Part shown: positions 30,211 to 39,543 of the stretch, piece by piece
Numbering within the stretch: the stretch's first letter is position 1
Layout of the letters: each line of letters opens with the position of its first letter
Virus genome (UHGV): UHGV-0125199
Length of the DNA: 64,000 bases
Reading direction: 5' to 3' (one strand)
DNA from: a virus
Made by a program: the position numbers and the translations under genes
Notes under the pieces: generated by a model
What the model saw: only the letters and a program-made list of their open reading frames with translations
Databases searched by the model: none
Told to the model about the DNA's origin: nothing

Positions 30211-32982
30211 GTGAGTAAAATTAGTAAATACGGAATTAAGATTAAAAATATAAAAGCAGGTATGATTTATGATGTAAATATTGGAGTGAGAGACTATTTC
30301 ACTTACACTGAAGCGATGTTAAATAATAGTTTGTTTAGCTATCACCTTAAGAAAAATGGTATAAAAATTTATAAAAAACCAAAGTCTGATAAAGAATCTA
30401 CGCGTGATATAATATGTTTAGACTTTGATTTTGGAAGTCGTTCTTACGAAGAAGAGAAAAAAAGACTCGAAAAATTAGAAAACAATGCAACGACAATAGA
30501 TGATAAAAATAAAATAAAATATTTACTAAAAGAAATAGGGAAAAAAGAAAAACTATACAATGGTAAAAATAGAGATAAAATCAGAGAAGATTTTTATCAG
30601 AATGGAGTAGATATTTCATATAGACACACCGATAAAAAAACAAAAAAAGAAGTTGTTGAAACAATACATTATCTTATGCTATTTAGAACGAGTGCAAAAG
30701 CTAAAGTTGGACAAGTTATTTTTATAAATGAAAACTTATATGATGATGCATACGATTGGCTTACAATCGGATTAGGAAAAAAAATGTCTTATGATAACGC
30801 AAAAATAGTTGAGATGTCTGCTTATGCACCACTTACCACATCTACTATTGTTGGAACATTAAAAATTCCGGTAGAAGACATTTTAATATTAAAAGATCAG
30901 GATTCATTTTTTTCTACATTTACGAGTGTAGTAAAAGCTGAAGAGTATATTGATAGTTCTGGAAACAAAAAGAAAAAATGTATTGTTGAATCAGAAGAAA
31001 GAGAAGTTAAAAACACACTATGGGATGGTATGGGTATTATTGAATCATCAATTTTGCCGGGATGGATAAATGGGATGGCTTTATTACGAAATCATTTATT
31101 TAAGATGTGCGGTTTTAAAGGACATGTACAATTATTCTTTAAAGATTGGTGCAAAAAAAATAATCATGACTATAATACATATCAAGTTGAAGATATGTTT
31201 GGATGTAAACATTATTTAAAAGACATCAAGATTATCACAACAGATAATTCTATAAAGTGGAAAAAATTTATTGATATTATGGGCGGAACATTATCTTCTG
31301 CTTATGAATATTGGTGTGATAAAATTCGCGAAGATGGCAACATATGGGGAGTTGTAAAAACAGATCATCAAAGTAAATTTGAAAACTCGCAGCAGTTAAG
31401 TTATCAAATGATAAACACTCTTCCGTGCACTAAAGAAGACGTGTATGACATCGCATCAGATACAGTTAAATATATCGAAACATTGAAAACAGATAATGTT
31501 GAATTTGAAAAGTTTTTACGAAAATATGCAAATGAAATAAACCATTATCAAATGTTGGCTGATTTATACAGACATAATCCTGATTTCGCCAATTGTGGAT
31601 GGTTCAGAAATGAAAAGAAAAAAATTATTTTTGAATATGTTAACAGAATGAGAAAAGGCAAAATATTAGTAAATGGAGATAATTTGACTGTCTGTGGAAA
31701 TCCTTATGCTCTTCTACTCTATTCAGTAGGTGAAAATTGGGAAGAAGATCCTACATTTTCAAAAGAAGAAAATAGTATTCAATGTTATACAAGAAGATTT
31801 AGTAACGATGAATATCTATGCGGTTTTAGGAATCCACATAATTCACCGAATAATGTATGTCACTTTCATAATGTATATAGTCAGGAAATGTCTAGATATT
31901 TTGATTTTAGCAAAAATATTATGGCTGTAAATTGTATAGGAACTGATGTCCAAGATAGAATGAACGGGGAAGATTTCGATTCAGATTTTAATCTAGTCAC
32001 TAATAATCCAGTGATGGTTAAATATGCCGAAATTTGTTATAGAGATTTTCCAACCATTGTTAATGATCTCAAAGAAAGCGGAATCACATACAAGAATACA
32101 TTATTAGAATATGCACGTATGGATAATAAATTTTCTAAATCCAGAATTGGCATTGGCTATTCCAGTAATCTTGCACAATTAGCCTTGACTTATTATTGGA
32201 CAGAGTTGCAAAAGGATAATCCTAATGAAGAACGATTGCATGAGTTATATGATAATTTTGTGATTTTATCTGTTCTTGCTCAAGTTATAATTGATGGATG
32301 TAAAAGGGAATACGAAATTGATGGAATGAAAGAAATCGACAGGATCAGCAAAATGCCATGTATGAAATTAACAAAGCAAGTAGTTGATGAAAACGGTAGA
32401 ATTAAAAGTGTTAAATTTGATTTTCCGAAGTTTATGAAATATACAAGAGCTATAAAAACAACAAAAAACGGGAAAGAAATTCCACAAAAGGAAATACACG
32501 AAAAAAAAGTGAAATTGAAAAATAGAATCAACCCATCTCTTGTTTGCCCTATGAATTGGTTAGAGGAATGCTTAGACACTATCAAACCTGCGGCAAATTC
32601 ACACTCAACCCCTATTAGTGATTTTTTTATAAAAATGCCTGGCAAACCTAATAACAGACAAATGACAAAAATTAGGAGTCTTATTGAAGAATATGACTTA
32701 TTTGTTAAAAATTTACATATAACAAATGACGATGACGATATAATAATCGAAGAAATGATTTCTAAATCCGAAAAATTATTAGACAGCCTATGCAAAATTA
32801 AAGTTGGAAATATAGTAACTATAAATAGAATGATAGAGGTGGCTCTAGGTCTCGATAAAGGAATCGGAAATGGATCCAAAACGAAGAACATAAACTTAAA
32901 ATATTCAAGAAAAATTTTAAATTATTTACACAAAATGGACAAAGATAAATTTTTATTGAATTTTAAACCAAAACAAATTTAG
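30211..32982 (+). CDS. large hypothetical protein (923 aa); candidate divergent two-double-psi-beta-barrel RNA polymerase (YonO/QDE-1-like) - inference only
   Basis: 'NRMRKGKILVNGD' (aa ~478-490, resembles beta-subunit 'RHGNKG' Lys motif), 'GFRNPHNSP' (aa ~538, cf. beta-prime 'NRAPTLH'), 'GEDFDSDFN' (aa ~586-594, cf. 'NADFDGD'). Confidence 0.35.
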   Translation: MSKISKYGIKIKNIKAGMIYDVNIGVRDYFTYTEAMLNNSLFSYHLKKNGIKIYKKPKSDKESTRDIICLDFDFGSRSYEEEKKRLEKLENNATTIDDKNKIKYLLKEIGKKEKLYNGKNRDKIREDFYQNGVDISYRHTDKKTKKEVVETIHYLMLFRTSAKAKVGQVIFINENLYDDAYDWLTIGLGKKMSYDNAKIVEMSAYAPLTTSTIVGTLKIPVEDILILKDQDSFFSTFTSVVKAEEYIDSSGNKKKKCIVESEEREVKNTLWDGMGIIESSILPGWINGMALLRNHLFKMCGFKGHVQLFFKDWCKKNNHDYNTYQVEDMFGCKHYLKDIKIITTDNSIKWKKFIDIMGGTLSSAYEYWCDKIREDGNIWGVVKTDHQSKFENSQQLSYQMINTLPCTKEDVYDIASDTVKYIETLKTDNVEFEKFLRKYANEINHYQMLADLYRHNPDFANCGWFRNEKKKIIFEYVNRMRKGKILVNGDNLTVCGNPYALLLYSVGENWEEDPTFSKEENSIQCYTRRFSNDEYLCGFRNPHNSPNNVCHFHNVYSQEMSRYFDFSKNIMAVNCIGTDVQDRMNGEDFDSDFNLVTNNPVMVKYAEICYRDFPTIVNDLKESGITYKNTLLEYARMDNKFSKSRIGIGYSSNLAQLALTYYWTELQKDNPNEERLHELYDNFVILSVLAQVIIDGCKREYEIDGMKEIDRISKMPCMKLTKQVVDENGRIKSVKFDFPKFMKYTRAIKTTKNGKEIPQKEIHEKKVKLKNRINPSLVCPMNWLEECLDTIKPAANSHSTPISDFFIKMPGKPNNRQMTKIRSLIEEYDLFVKNLHITNDDDDIIIEEMISKSEKLLDSLCKIKVGNIVTINRMIEVALGLDKGIGNGSKTKNINLKYSRKILNYLHKMDKDKFLLNFKPKQI

Positions 32983-33024
32983 TGTTTATGCACAAAAATT
33001 GCCGAATTATTTTGTCAAAAGTTA

Positions 33025-33047
33025 CTAAACCCCTTGTAAATAGTGGG
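33025..33047 (+). repeat. degenerate third copy of the 26.36-kb direct repeat (CTAAACCCCTTGTAAATAGTGGG)
   Basis: 18/23 identity to core of DR; followed by GTTTT as in DR1. Confidence 0.5.
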
Positions 33048-33925
33048 TTTTCAAGAAATCAACTTCGTCCGTAATATGGAAGGATGAGAGTTTTGCTTAT
33101 ATTCAAAATTCTTGAGATGAAATCAAGACTCTTAAGACGACAAACGCTATTGCCAAAGCGTTTAATAAATATGGAGATATATCTATAATAAAGCCCCTAT
33201 TGAAAGGGGCTTGGGCTTTGCCCAATATAAGCACTTGCTTATAAATACAAATAACTCAGTGCAGATTGGCTTGTCACCATGCTGAGAATATATGAATAGT
33301 GAGTTGCGGTATAATACGATAGTTTTATACTGCAGCTTCTGGAATGATGTGAATCATAAACAGAAAGACGGAAACCGTCAAAACTAAATATATGTACAAT
33401 AATATATTGCCGTAAAACGCAATTGCCAGATCGCTGACATAATAGACGACTCCAGTGGAGTAATAATCGTGATGCCTGTATCGGTGGAATGTTACAGAGA
33501 GATAAGTAGCGAAAATCCAAATAAGTCAGTTGCGTCGTTGATCGGAAGAAATTCCAGTATAAGATCTGTCGAATGTACGAGTAGCCCAAAGTGACGTGAG
33601 ATTAATACATAAAGAACAAAAAAATTAAATCTTATTATGAATTTTCTTAATACGCTGAATGACATGGGTGAAAGTTTCTCGTAATCAGTCGAGGCTACAA
33701 TTGCTGTTTATCAGATGTAAAGGAAGTCTAAGGGTAGCTCCCTTATTCTCAGCCCTTTACAAGTAGTGGCGGAATATTATGACGATATATTTGAGTAGGA
33801 AGAAGTTCCATTTGTATTTATAATCAAGTGCTTATGCGCGCACTTGACGATTTCTAATCTCCTTTTCAGTTAGTAATAGCATTGCTGTTCTGGTAGTGCT
33901 GTTGCTAACATCTTAGGAGTATTTT

Positions 33926-33997
33926 AGCCCCATCGCCAAGCGGTAAGGCACAGGACTTTGACTCCTGCATTCAGTAGTTCGAATCTACTTGGGGCTG
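33926..33997 (+). tRNA. tRNA-Gln (anticodon TTG)
   Basis: acceptor AGCCCCA/TGGGGCT, D-arm, anticodon stem CAGGA/TCCTG loop CTTTGAC, T-arm AGTAG-TTCGAAT-CTACT, discriminator G. Confidence 0.75.
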
Positions 33998-34181
33998 CTA
34001 TCATCCGAAGTGTTGCGCTGACCGTCAATCAGTGGCGCATAAAAACCTATCCCAGTATAAATCCAGGTGACACTGGCTTATATGAAGATACGCTCTAGGT
34101 TTACTACGTTTTATATAACTATTCACATAACAATTATTTTGTCGTCCTTGTGGATGGGTGTTTTGGACGAGCAAACAATAA

Positions 34182-34272
34182 GCTGCATTAATCCTCTGTG
34201 GTAAGGGGTCGATCTTGAAAAATCGATAGTAGCCACTTATGCGGTGTCTAAGTTCAAATCTTAGGTGCAGCG
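34182..34272 (+). tRNA. tRNA-like element with long variable arm, possibly degenerate tRNA-Ser(TGA)-like; anticodon region forms 5-bp stem with 8-nt loop CTTGAAAA
   Basis: acceptor GCTGCAT/GTGCAGC, U8A9, T-arm CTAAG-TTCAAAT-CTTAG, discriminator G; anticodon arm non-canonical. Confidence 0.35.
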
Positions 34273-34277
34273 TTATA

Positions 34278-34351
34278 TGCAGGCGAGTGGAACGGATTAC
34301 TACGTCAGACCCATAATCTGAAAATACTGGGTTCGACTCCCAGGCTCTGCA
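34278..34351 (+). tRNA. tRNA-Met(CAT)-like element, probably degenerate (C33, imperfect acceptor stem)
   Basis: D-arm GTGG/CTAC, anticodon stem TCAGA/TCTGA loop CCCATAA, T-arm CTGGG-TTCGACT-CCCAG; acceptor pairs only 6/7 with a bulged G. Confidence 0.35.
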
Positions 34352-34628
34352 ATACTCTCCCACTGTGGAGAAATATACAACGAAAGGAATGTTTTATCAT
34401 AGTTCTTATTACAGACAAAGAATGTAAATTTTTGTTAATCAAAGGATGGAAATGGAGAGATCATATTCATCGCACTGTATCCGGAGCAAACAAAAAATAT
34501 GCAACAGAAAATTATCGATTGATGCAAGATTTAGAAAATTTTAGATCACAGTCGATTAAAGAAACAATTCAGATTAAAAAACGTAAAAAATAACTAGAAT
34601 TAAACTAGAGGAAAGGTGGTTCACCTTA

Positions 34629-35876
34629 TTGGAATGCACATTATTCCTTGATACGAATGCATTACTTAGTCTCGGCGAAAATGCATTTAAAGAAAAATTT
34701 ATTATTGCACAAAAGACACTTGAAGAGATCGAGAATATCAAAGTGTCTAATTCTAAAGATGGAGAAGTAAAATACAAAGCCAGACAAATTTCAAGACTAT
34801 TGGATAAACATGATGGCGAATATGATGTGGTTTTATACTCTCCAAAAATTAAAGAAATAATTGATAGTTATTTCTTATCTGAAACGCCAGACAACATTAT
34901 CTTGGCTTCTGCTTATTATTACAATTCAAATGTATCGGAAGTACTTGTATGTTCTGATGATTTAAATTGCAAATTCATATCTCGTAATATTTTTGGACTT
35001 CCTACAAAGGGAGTTTCGGATATTAACCTTGTCAAAAATCTTGACGAATATCTTGGATATAAAGAATTAACATTGTCTGATGAAGAAATGAGTTACTTCT
35101 ATTGTCATACAAATGAAAACATTTATGATTGTATTTTGAACGAATATCTCATTATTAAAAAATCAGATGGAGAAGTTGTTGATTATAGAAAGTGGGACGG
35201 TTTTGAATATAAAGCTGTATGTGAAAAAACAGTTCGCTCTACTATTTTTGGAGATAAAATTAGACCGAAAGATTCATATCAAGCCTGTGCTATTGATTCA
35301 ATTTTTTCAAATACAATGACAGCTATTACCGGACATGCAGGTAGCGGGAAATCATTGATATCACTAATATCTATGATGAGTCTTATTGAAAATGGAGAAT
35401 ATGATAGAGTGATCATTATGTTTAACCCTAATAAAGCAAAGGGTGCTGCAGATATGGGTTTCTATTGTGGTAATGCTACTGAAAAGGCACTTCAAAATTC
35501 TATAGGTTCCATGTTAACTACAAAATTTGGTGATAGATTTGCTGTTGAAATGTTGTTGCAGCAAGATAAAATTCGATTAGTATCTATGGCAGATGTACGA
35601 GGAATGGAAGTAAGGGATAATGAAATTTTATACATTAGTGAAGCGCAGAATACATCAATCGAATTATTAAAGTTGTGTTTATCAAGAGCAAGTAGCGGAT
35701 GTAAAATTGTTATCGAAGGTGATTATGATAGCCAGGTTGATTCTTATTTATTTGAAGGAAATTCAAATGGTTTTAAACGCGCAATTGATGTGCTTCAAGG
35801 TGAATCAGAATTTGGATATGTACATCTTCCGAATGTTTGGAGAAGTAAAATTGCAATGTTAGTGGATAAATTATAG
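34629..35876 (+). CDS. PIN-domain + PhoH-like ATPase fusion protein
   Basis: N-term 'LFLDTNALLSL' PIN start; Walker A 'GHAGSGKS'; PhoH-like C-terminus. Confidence 0.7.
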   Translation: MECTLFLDTNALLSLGENAFKEKFIIAQKTLEEIENIKVSNSKDGEVKYKARQISRLLDKHDGEYDVVLYSPKIKEIIDSYFLSETPDNIILASAYYYNSNVSEVLVCSDDLNCKFISRNIFGLPTKGVSDINLVKNLDEYLGYKELTLSDEEMSYFYCHTNENIYDCILNEYLIIKKSDGEVVDYRKWDGFEYKAVCEKTVRSTIFGDKIRPKDSYQACAIDSIFSNTMTAITGHAGSGKSLISLISMMSLIENGEYDRVIIMFNPNKAKGAADMGFYCGNATEKALQNSIGSMLTTKFGDRFAVEMLLQQDKIRLVSMADVRGMEVRDNEILYISEAQNTSIELLKLCLSRASSGCKIVIEGDYDSQVDSYLFEGNSNGFKRAIDVLQGESEFGYVHLPNVWRSKIAMLVDKL

Positions 35877-35881
35877 AGAGG

Positions 35882-36097
35882 ATGTTTGTTATAAAAGCTA
35901 AACCTATTTTTAATAGTTTTAATATAAATAACAAAACATTAAACCTTGGAACGTTTGCTAAAATTGAAGATGCAATTGAAGCGAGAAAATCAGCAGAAGT
36001 AAAATATTTTGGTGAATTTAGATTTGATATGTCCAACAAAGATATTATAAATGAAGCTAATCTGGAAGATCATTTAATTTATAAAAAATGCAGTTAA
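35882..36097 (+). CDS. hypothetical small protein
   Basis: ORF immediately after PhoH gene. Confidence 0.35.
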   Translation: MFVIKAKPIFNSFNINNKTLNLGTFAKIEDAIEARKSAEVKYFGEFRFDMSNKDIINEANLEDHLIYKKCS

Positions 36098-36457
36098 TTG
36101 CAAATTCGAGTCTAAAAATTACAATTTAAATTTTATATTGCAGGTAACGCATATGAAAAAAATAAAACATTATTATCATATATATTAGGTGCATGTACAA
36201 TCGTAATATTTCTTCCAATTGTAGAAGAAATAGTTAATGTAATTCTGTCTTGGATTGAATATCTGAAAATTCTTCCGGGAAAACTTGTTATAAAAGGCAA
36301 TGCAGAATTACAAGAGTTGCAGTCGGATTTTGAGGTTGAATCGACAGATACATGCGCTATCGGGTTTCATTATGAACCAGAAACTGAAGAATATTATGAC
36401 GAGGAAGAGTAGTCTAATACTGCTCTTCTATTTTTAGTTTAAAGGAGATAATTAGAA

Positions 36458-36661
36458 ATGATTAAAATTACAAAAACAAAAGAAAAATTAACGCCGGCAA
36501 AACAGAATATCCAATTAGATGGTATTTATGTAAAAGATCTAAAATTTGTAGATGAAACAGGTGATATTACACAGCAAGTTATTGAAGCTCTTCCGGAAGG
36601 AACGGAACAGGTTGGATTTAAAATCACTGTGGAATTACCACTGGACTCTGAAGAAGAATAG
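36458..36661 (+). CDS. hypothetical small protein
   Basis: ORF with RBS AAAGGAG. Confidence 0.4.
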   Translation: MIKITKTKEKLTPAKQNIQLDGIYVKDLKFVDETGDITQQVIEALPEGTEQVGFKITVELPLDSEEE

Positions 36662-36668
36662 AGAGTAG

Positions 36669-37868
36669 GTGGACGATATAGTACATAACTATAAAAGATT
36701 TGATGGTGAAAGTGATGATGAACTCATCCTGAGAATCTGTAATGATAAAGAAAATATCGGTACATGGAATGATGTTGCTGCAGTTCTAAACTCTCTTCTT
36801 GACTGTAACTACACTGAATCGGCATATAGAAAGAAAGTACAGTATTTCCGAAAGGTTCTTGATGCTAATCAGTCTAAATTCACAGACGGTGCAGCACAAT
36901 TAAAAGAACTAAAGGAAGAGCGTATTCTTTTAGAGAAAGAACGTGTCAAAACTCGTGATGAACGAAATGAGTATCGTAGATTGATTCGTGAAGAAGCACG
37001 TAAGGAATCTTATAAAGAACAGATTTTAAGATCCATTTCAGAATATCACGGACAACCATTAGATTATGATAAAAGAAAACAGTTTAATGGAATTTTAAAA
37101 TCAGATAATGATTTAGTAATTTCTGTAACAGATATTCATGCAGGAATTGAAATTGATAACTGGTTTAATAAATACAATACAGAAGTTATGTATGATAGAT
37201 TTAGACAGTACCTGGATAAAATTTTTGAAGTCTATTTACGGCACGGTTCTGAAAATATCTATGTAATTATAAGTGAGTTGGTCTCAGGATTGATTCACAA
37301 CTCACTTCGGATTGAAAGTAATCAAAATCTAATTGAGCAATTCTTATCCGTATCGGATTGTATTTCACAATTTTTATCTGAACTTAGTTATAAATTTAAT
37401 GAAGTTCATGTTTATGTTTGTCCTGGAAATCATTCTAGGTTACATGCAAAAAAGGAAGAATCTTTAAAAGGTGAAAATATGGACTGTCTTGCTATTCCAT
37501 TTTTGCAAGCCAAATTGCAGAACTTTAAGAATATCGAATTTCACGAAAATAAAATTGATGAATCAATTGCAATGTTTTCTGTTAGAGGAACGAAAATTTT
37601 TGGAGTCCATGGAGACAAAGATGACCCTAAAACGGTTGTGCAGAAACTATCGCTTATGACACAAATACGTCCAAATATTTTATATATGGGTCATCGTCAT
37701 GTAAATGCGATGTCTACTGTTTATAATGTGAAAATTTTACAATCAGGTTGTATTTCTGGAACAGATAACTATTGCTTGGATAACCGATTGCAAAATAAAC
37801 CAGAACAATTAATTTCAGTTATTAATAATGATGGATTAGATTGTGTGTACGATGTTAGGTTTCACTAG
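36669..37868 (+). CDS. calcineurin-like metallophosphoesterase (phosphatase/SbcD-like nuclease fold) with N-terminal coiled-coil
   Basis: 'VTDIHAG' (motif I), 'GNHSR' (motif III), 'GVHGDKDD', 'MGHRHV' (motif V/VI). Confidence 0.65.
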   Translation: MDDIVHNYKRFDGESDDELILRICNDKENIGTWNDVAAVLNSLLDCNYTESAYRKKVQYFRKVLDANQSKFTDGAAQLKELKEERILLEKERVKTRDERNEYRRLIREEARKESYKEQILRSISEYHGQPLDYDKRKQFNGILKSDNDLVISVTDIHAGIEIDNWFNKYNTEVMYDRFRQYLDKIFEVYLRHGSENIYVIISELVSGLIHNSLRIESNQNLIEQFLSVSDCISQFLSELSYKFNEVHVYVCPGNHSRLHAKKEESLKGENMDCLAIPFLQAKLQNFKNIEFHENKIDESIAMFSVRGTKIFGVHGDKDDPKTVVQKLSLMTQIRPNILYMGHRHVNAMSTVYNVKILQSGCISGTDNYCLDNRLQNKPEQLISVINNDGLDCVYDVRFH

Positions 37869-37879
37869 AGGAGATTGTT

Positions 37880-38023
37880 ATGGAATATAAAGACGGATTA
37901 CCAGTATTAAACTTTGAAGAACTGGTTTCTTATATCATGGAGGAAAGTCAATATCCCAAAACAGATATTGAGAGAATTCTGGATTTAGAAACAGAATATA
38001 TGGAAAAAATTGGAATTATTTAG
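37880..38023 (+). CDS. small hypothetical protein (47 aa) not in ORF track
   Basis: RBS GAGGAGATTGTT-ATG; open to TAG at 38021. Confidence 0.35.
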   Translation: MEYKDGLPVLNFEELVSYIMEESQYPKTDIERILDLETEYMEKIGII

Positions 38024-38351
38024 AAAGAAGGATATCGGCTATCTGAAGTGTAGAAAGAACTTTTAACGAGAGAGTTCAATCCGCGGCTCAGGATAAGCAG
38101 ATTTACAGATTACCTATGTGGCAATCTACGCCAGTGCTCACGTACATGTTCCCACTTATTAAAGCGGAATCTGTCGTATGCACTAACATGTACAGGAGTT
38201 TCTATAGAATAAAAACTTGCCATACGTATCACCTGCCTTCCAAAATAAACTGCATCATCTTGGAGAACCGATATCCTAGAATGTGGAGAAATCCACGAAA
38301 TAAATTATAAAAATTTACAAATTAGTTGATAGAAAAGGAGACATTTTAAAA

Positions 38352-38630
38352 ATGACAAGATCAGATTTAATTAAAACAATTGCAGAAAAAGTAGACGGAG
38401 TAACACAGGAAAAAGCAAAAGAGATTGTTGCTGTAACTCTTGATTCAATTGCAGATGCGCTTACCGCTGGAGATAAAGTACAGTTCGTCGGATTTGGAAG
38501 TTTTGAAGTAAGAGAAAGAGCTGGAAGAACTGGACGAAATCCACAGGATGGAAGCGAAATTTATATTGAGCCATCTAAAAATGTAAAATTCAAAGCAGGA
38601 AAAGAATTAAAAGATAAAGTAAACGCTTAA
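38352..38630 (+). CDS. HU/IHF-family histone-like DNA-binding protein
   Basis: 'GFGSFEVRERAGRTGRNPQDGSEIYI' HU arm signature. Confidence 0.8.
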   Translation: MTRSDLIKTIAEKVDGVTQEKAKEIVAVTLDSIADALTAGDKVQFVGFGSFEVRERAGRTGRNPQDGSEIYIEPSKNVKFKAGKELKDKVNA

Positions 38631-38648
38631 GATTGGCGGTGTGTCTAT

Positions 38649-39272
38649 TTGAAAAAAGAAATGATTAAGAAAACATATGATAATATCTATGAATTATGTG
38701 AAGATGTTGTGGATACATATGACGTACTAGAATCAAATTATGACAATAATATTGTTTCTATTATTGCTAAATACGATGAGGCAAGTCTCATTGTTTCGGA
38801 ATTATGTACAATGGACTTCTCCATTTTTTCATGCGAATTACACGATCCGGAGTTTGCTGGATATACTGATGAATATTTGATTGAGATTATTGAAGATAAA
38901 ATCTTTTGTGAGCCAGCAAAACGTAACGGTGATTACATTGGTTCTGGCAGTTCTATTGTATATGTATTAGACGACTGCAATTCGAAAGTCATCTCTAAAT
39001 TTGAAGCAGACTATGCATATGAAGTACATTTGTATGATGAGAATGATGAAGATAATATGGAATATGATTGTGATGGATGTATCTTCTGTGATGAGTGCGA
39101 CGAGTATGATGAGTATGGTTTTTTGTTGGATGATTGTGTAGATAACAAAGACATGCATGGATTTTCTGCCAGCAAGAGTGATGATTATGGTTATCACTCC
39201 GTATCATTTTATTCAACAGAGCGAGTTAATCATGATGATATGATGGATTTACTTCGTATTTTTGGATTATAA
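38649..39272 (+). CDS. hypothetical acidic Cys-rich protein (207 aa)
   Basis: 'DCDGCIFCDECDEYDEYG' region. Confidence 0.45.
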   Translation: MKKEMIKKTYDNIYELCEDVVDTYDVLESNYDNNIVSIIAKYDEASLIVSELCTMDFSIFSCELHDPEFAGYTDEYLIEIIEDKIFCEPAKRNGDYIGSGSSIVYVLDDCNSKVISKFEADYAYEVHLYDENDEDNMEYDCDGCIFCDECDEYDEYGFLLDDCVDNKDMHGFSASKSDDYGYHSVSFYSTERVNHDDMMDLLRIFGL

Positions 39273-39303
39273 ATTTTCTGTTATATATGTACATTTCAAA
39301 GAT

Positions 39304-39336
39304 CCGTAGGTGTCAAAACTTACGGGTCTATTTTTG
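39304..39336 (+). terminator. intrinsic terminator
   Basis: CCGTAGG-loop-CTTACGG stem then TCTATTTTTGTG. Confidence 0.55.
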
Positions 39337-39344
39337 TGTTCTCA

Positions 39345-39535
39345 GTTAGGAGAATAAGAATTAGAAACATCAGCGAAAGGAATGTGTCGGGTAAGCTCCG
39401 ACCGCGCTGCATGTTCCAATGCAACATTGGATTTTCAGGAGAGATACGGTGGATTAGCTACCTACCGGATAAGTGTAACCTCATTCGCACTTCTCTCCTA
39501 TTTCTATGGAGTGAGGAGAAATAAAATATTTGAAT
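39345..39535 (+). ncRNA. candidate structured 5' leader / ncRNA upstream of integrase-2 (relatively GC-rich, multiple hairpins)
   Basis: hairpins GTCGG..CCGAC, CCAATG-CAAC-ATTGG, long-range GGAGAGA...TCTCTCC. Confidence 0.3.
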
Positions 39536-39543
39536 AAAAGGAA

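Noticed and set aside
34040-34360. tmRNA (ssrA) hypothesis for the tRNA-like region
   Set aside because: The 3' T-arm/acceptor is tmRNA-like, but no matching 5' acceptor strand (GGGG...) exists and there is no tag-peptide ORF ending in ALAA-like residues. The region is better explained as two separate degenerate tRNAs.
33239-34363. Minus-strand ORFs 33239..33589 and 34025..34363
   Set aside because: They overlap the structured region and the tRNA/tRNA-like elements. They have junk-like composition and no RBS.
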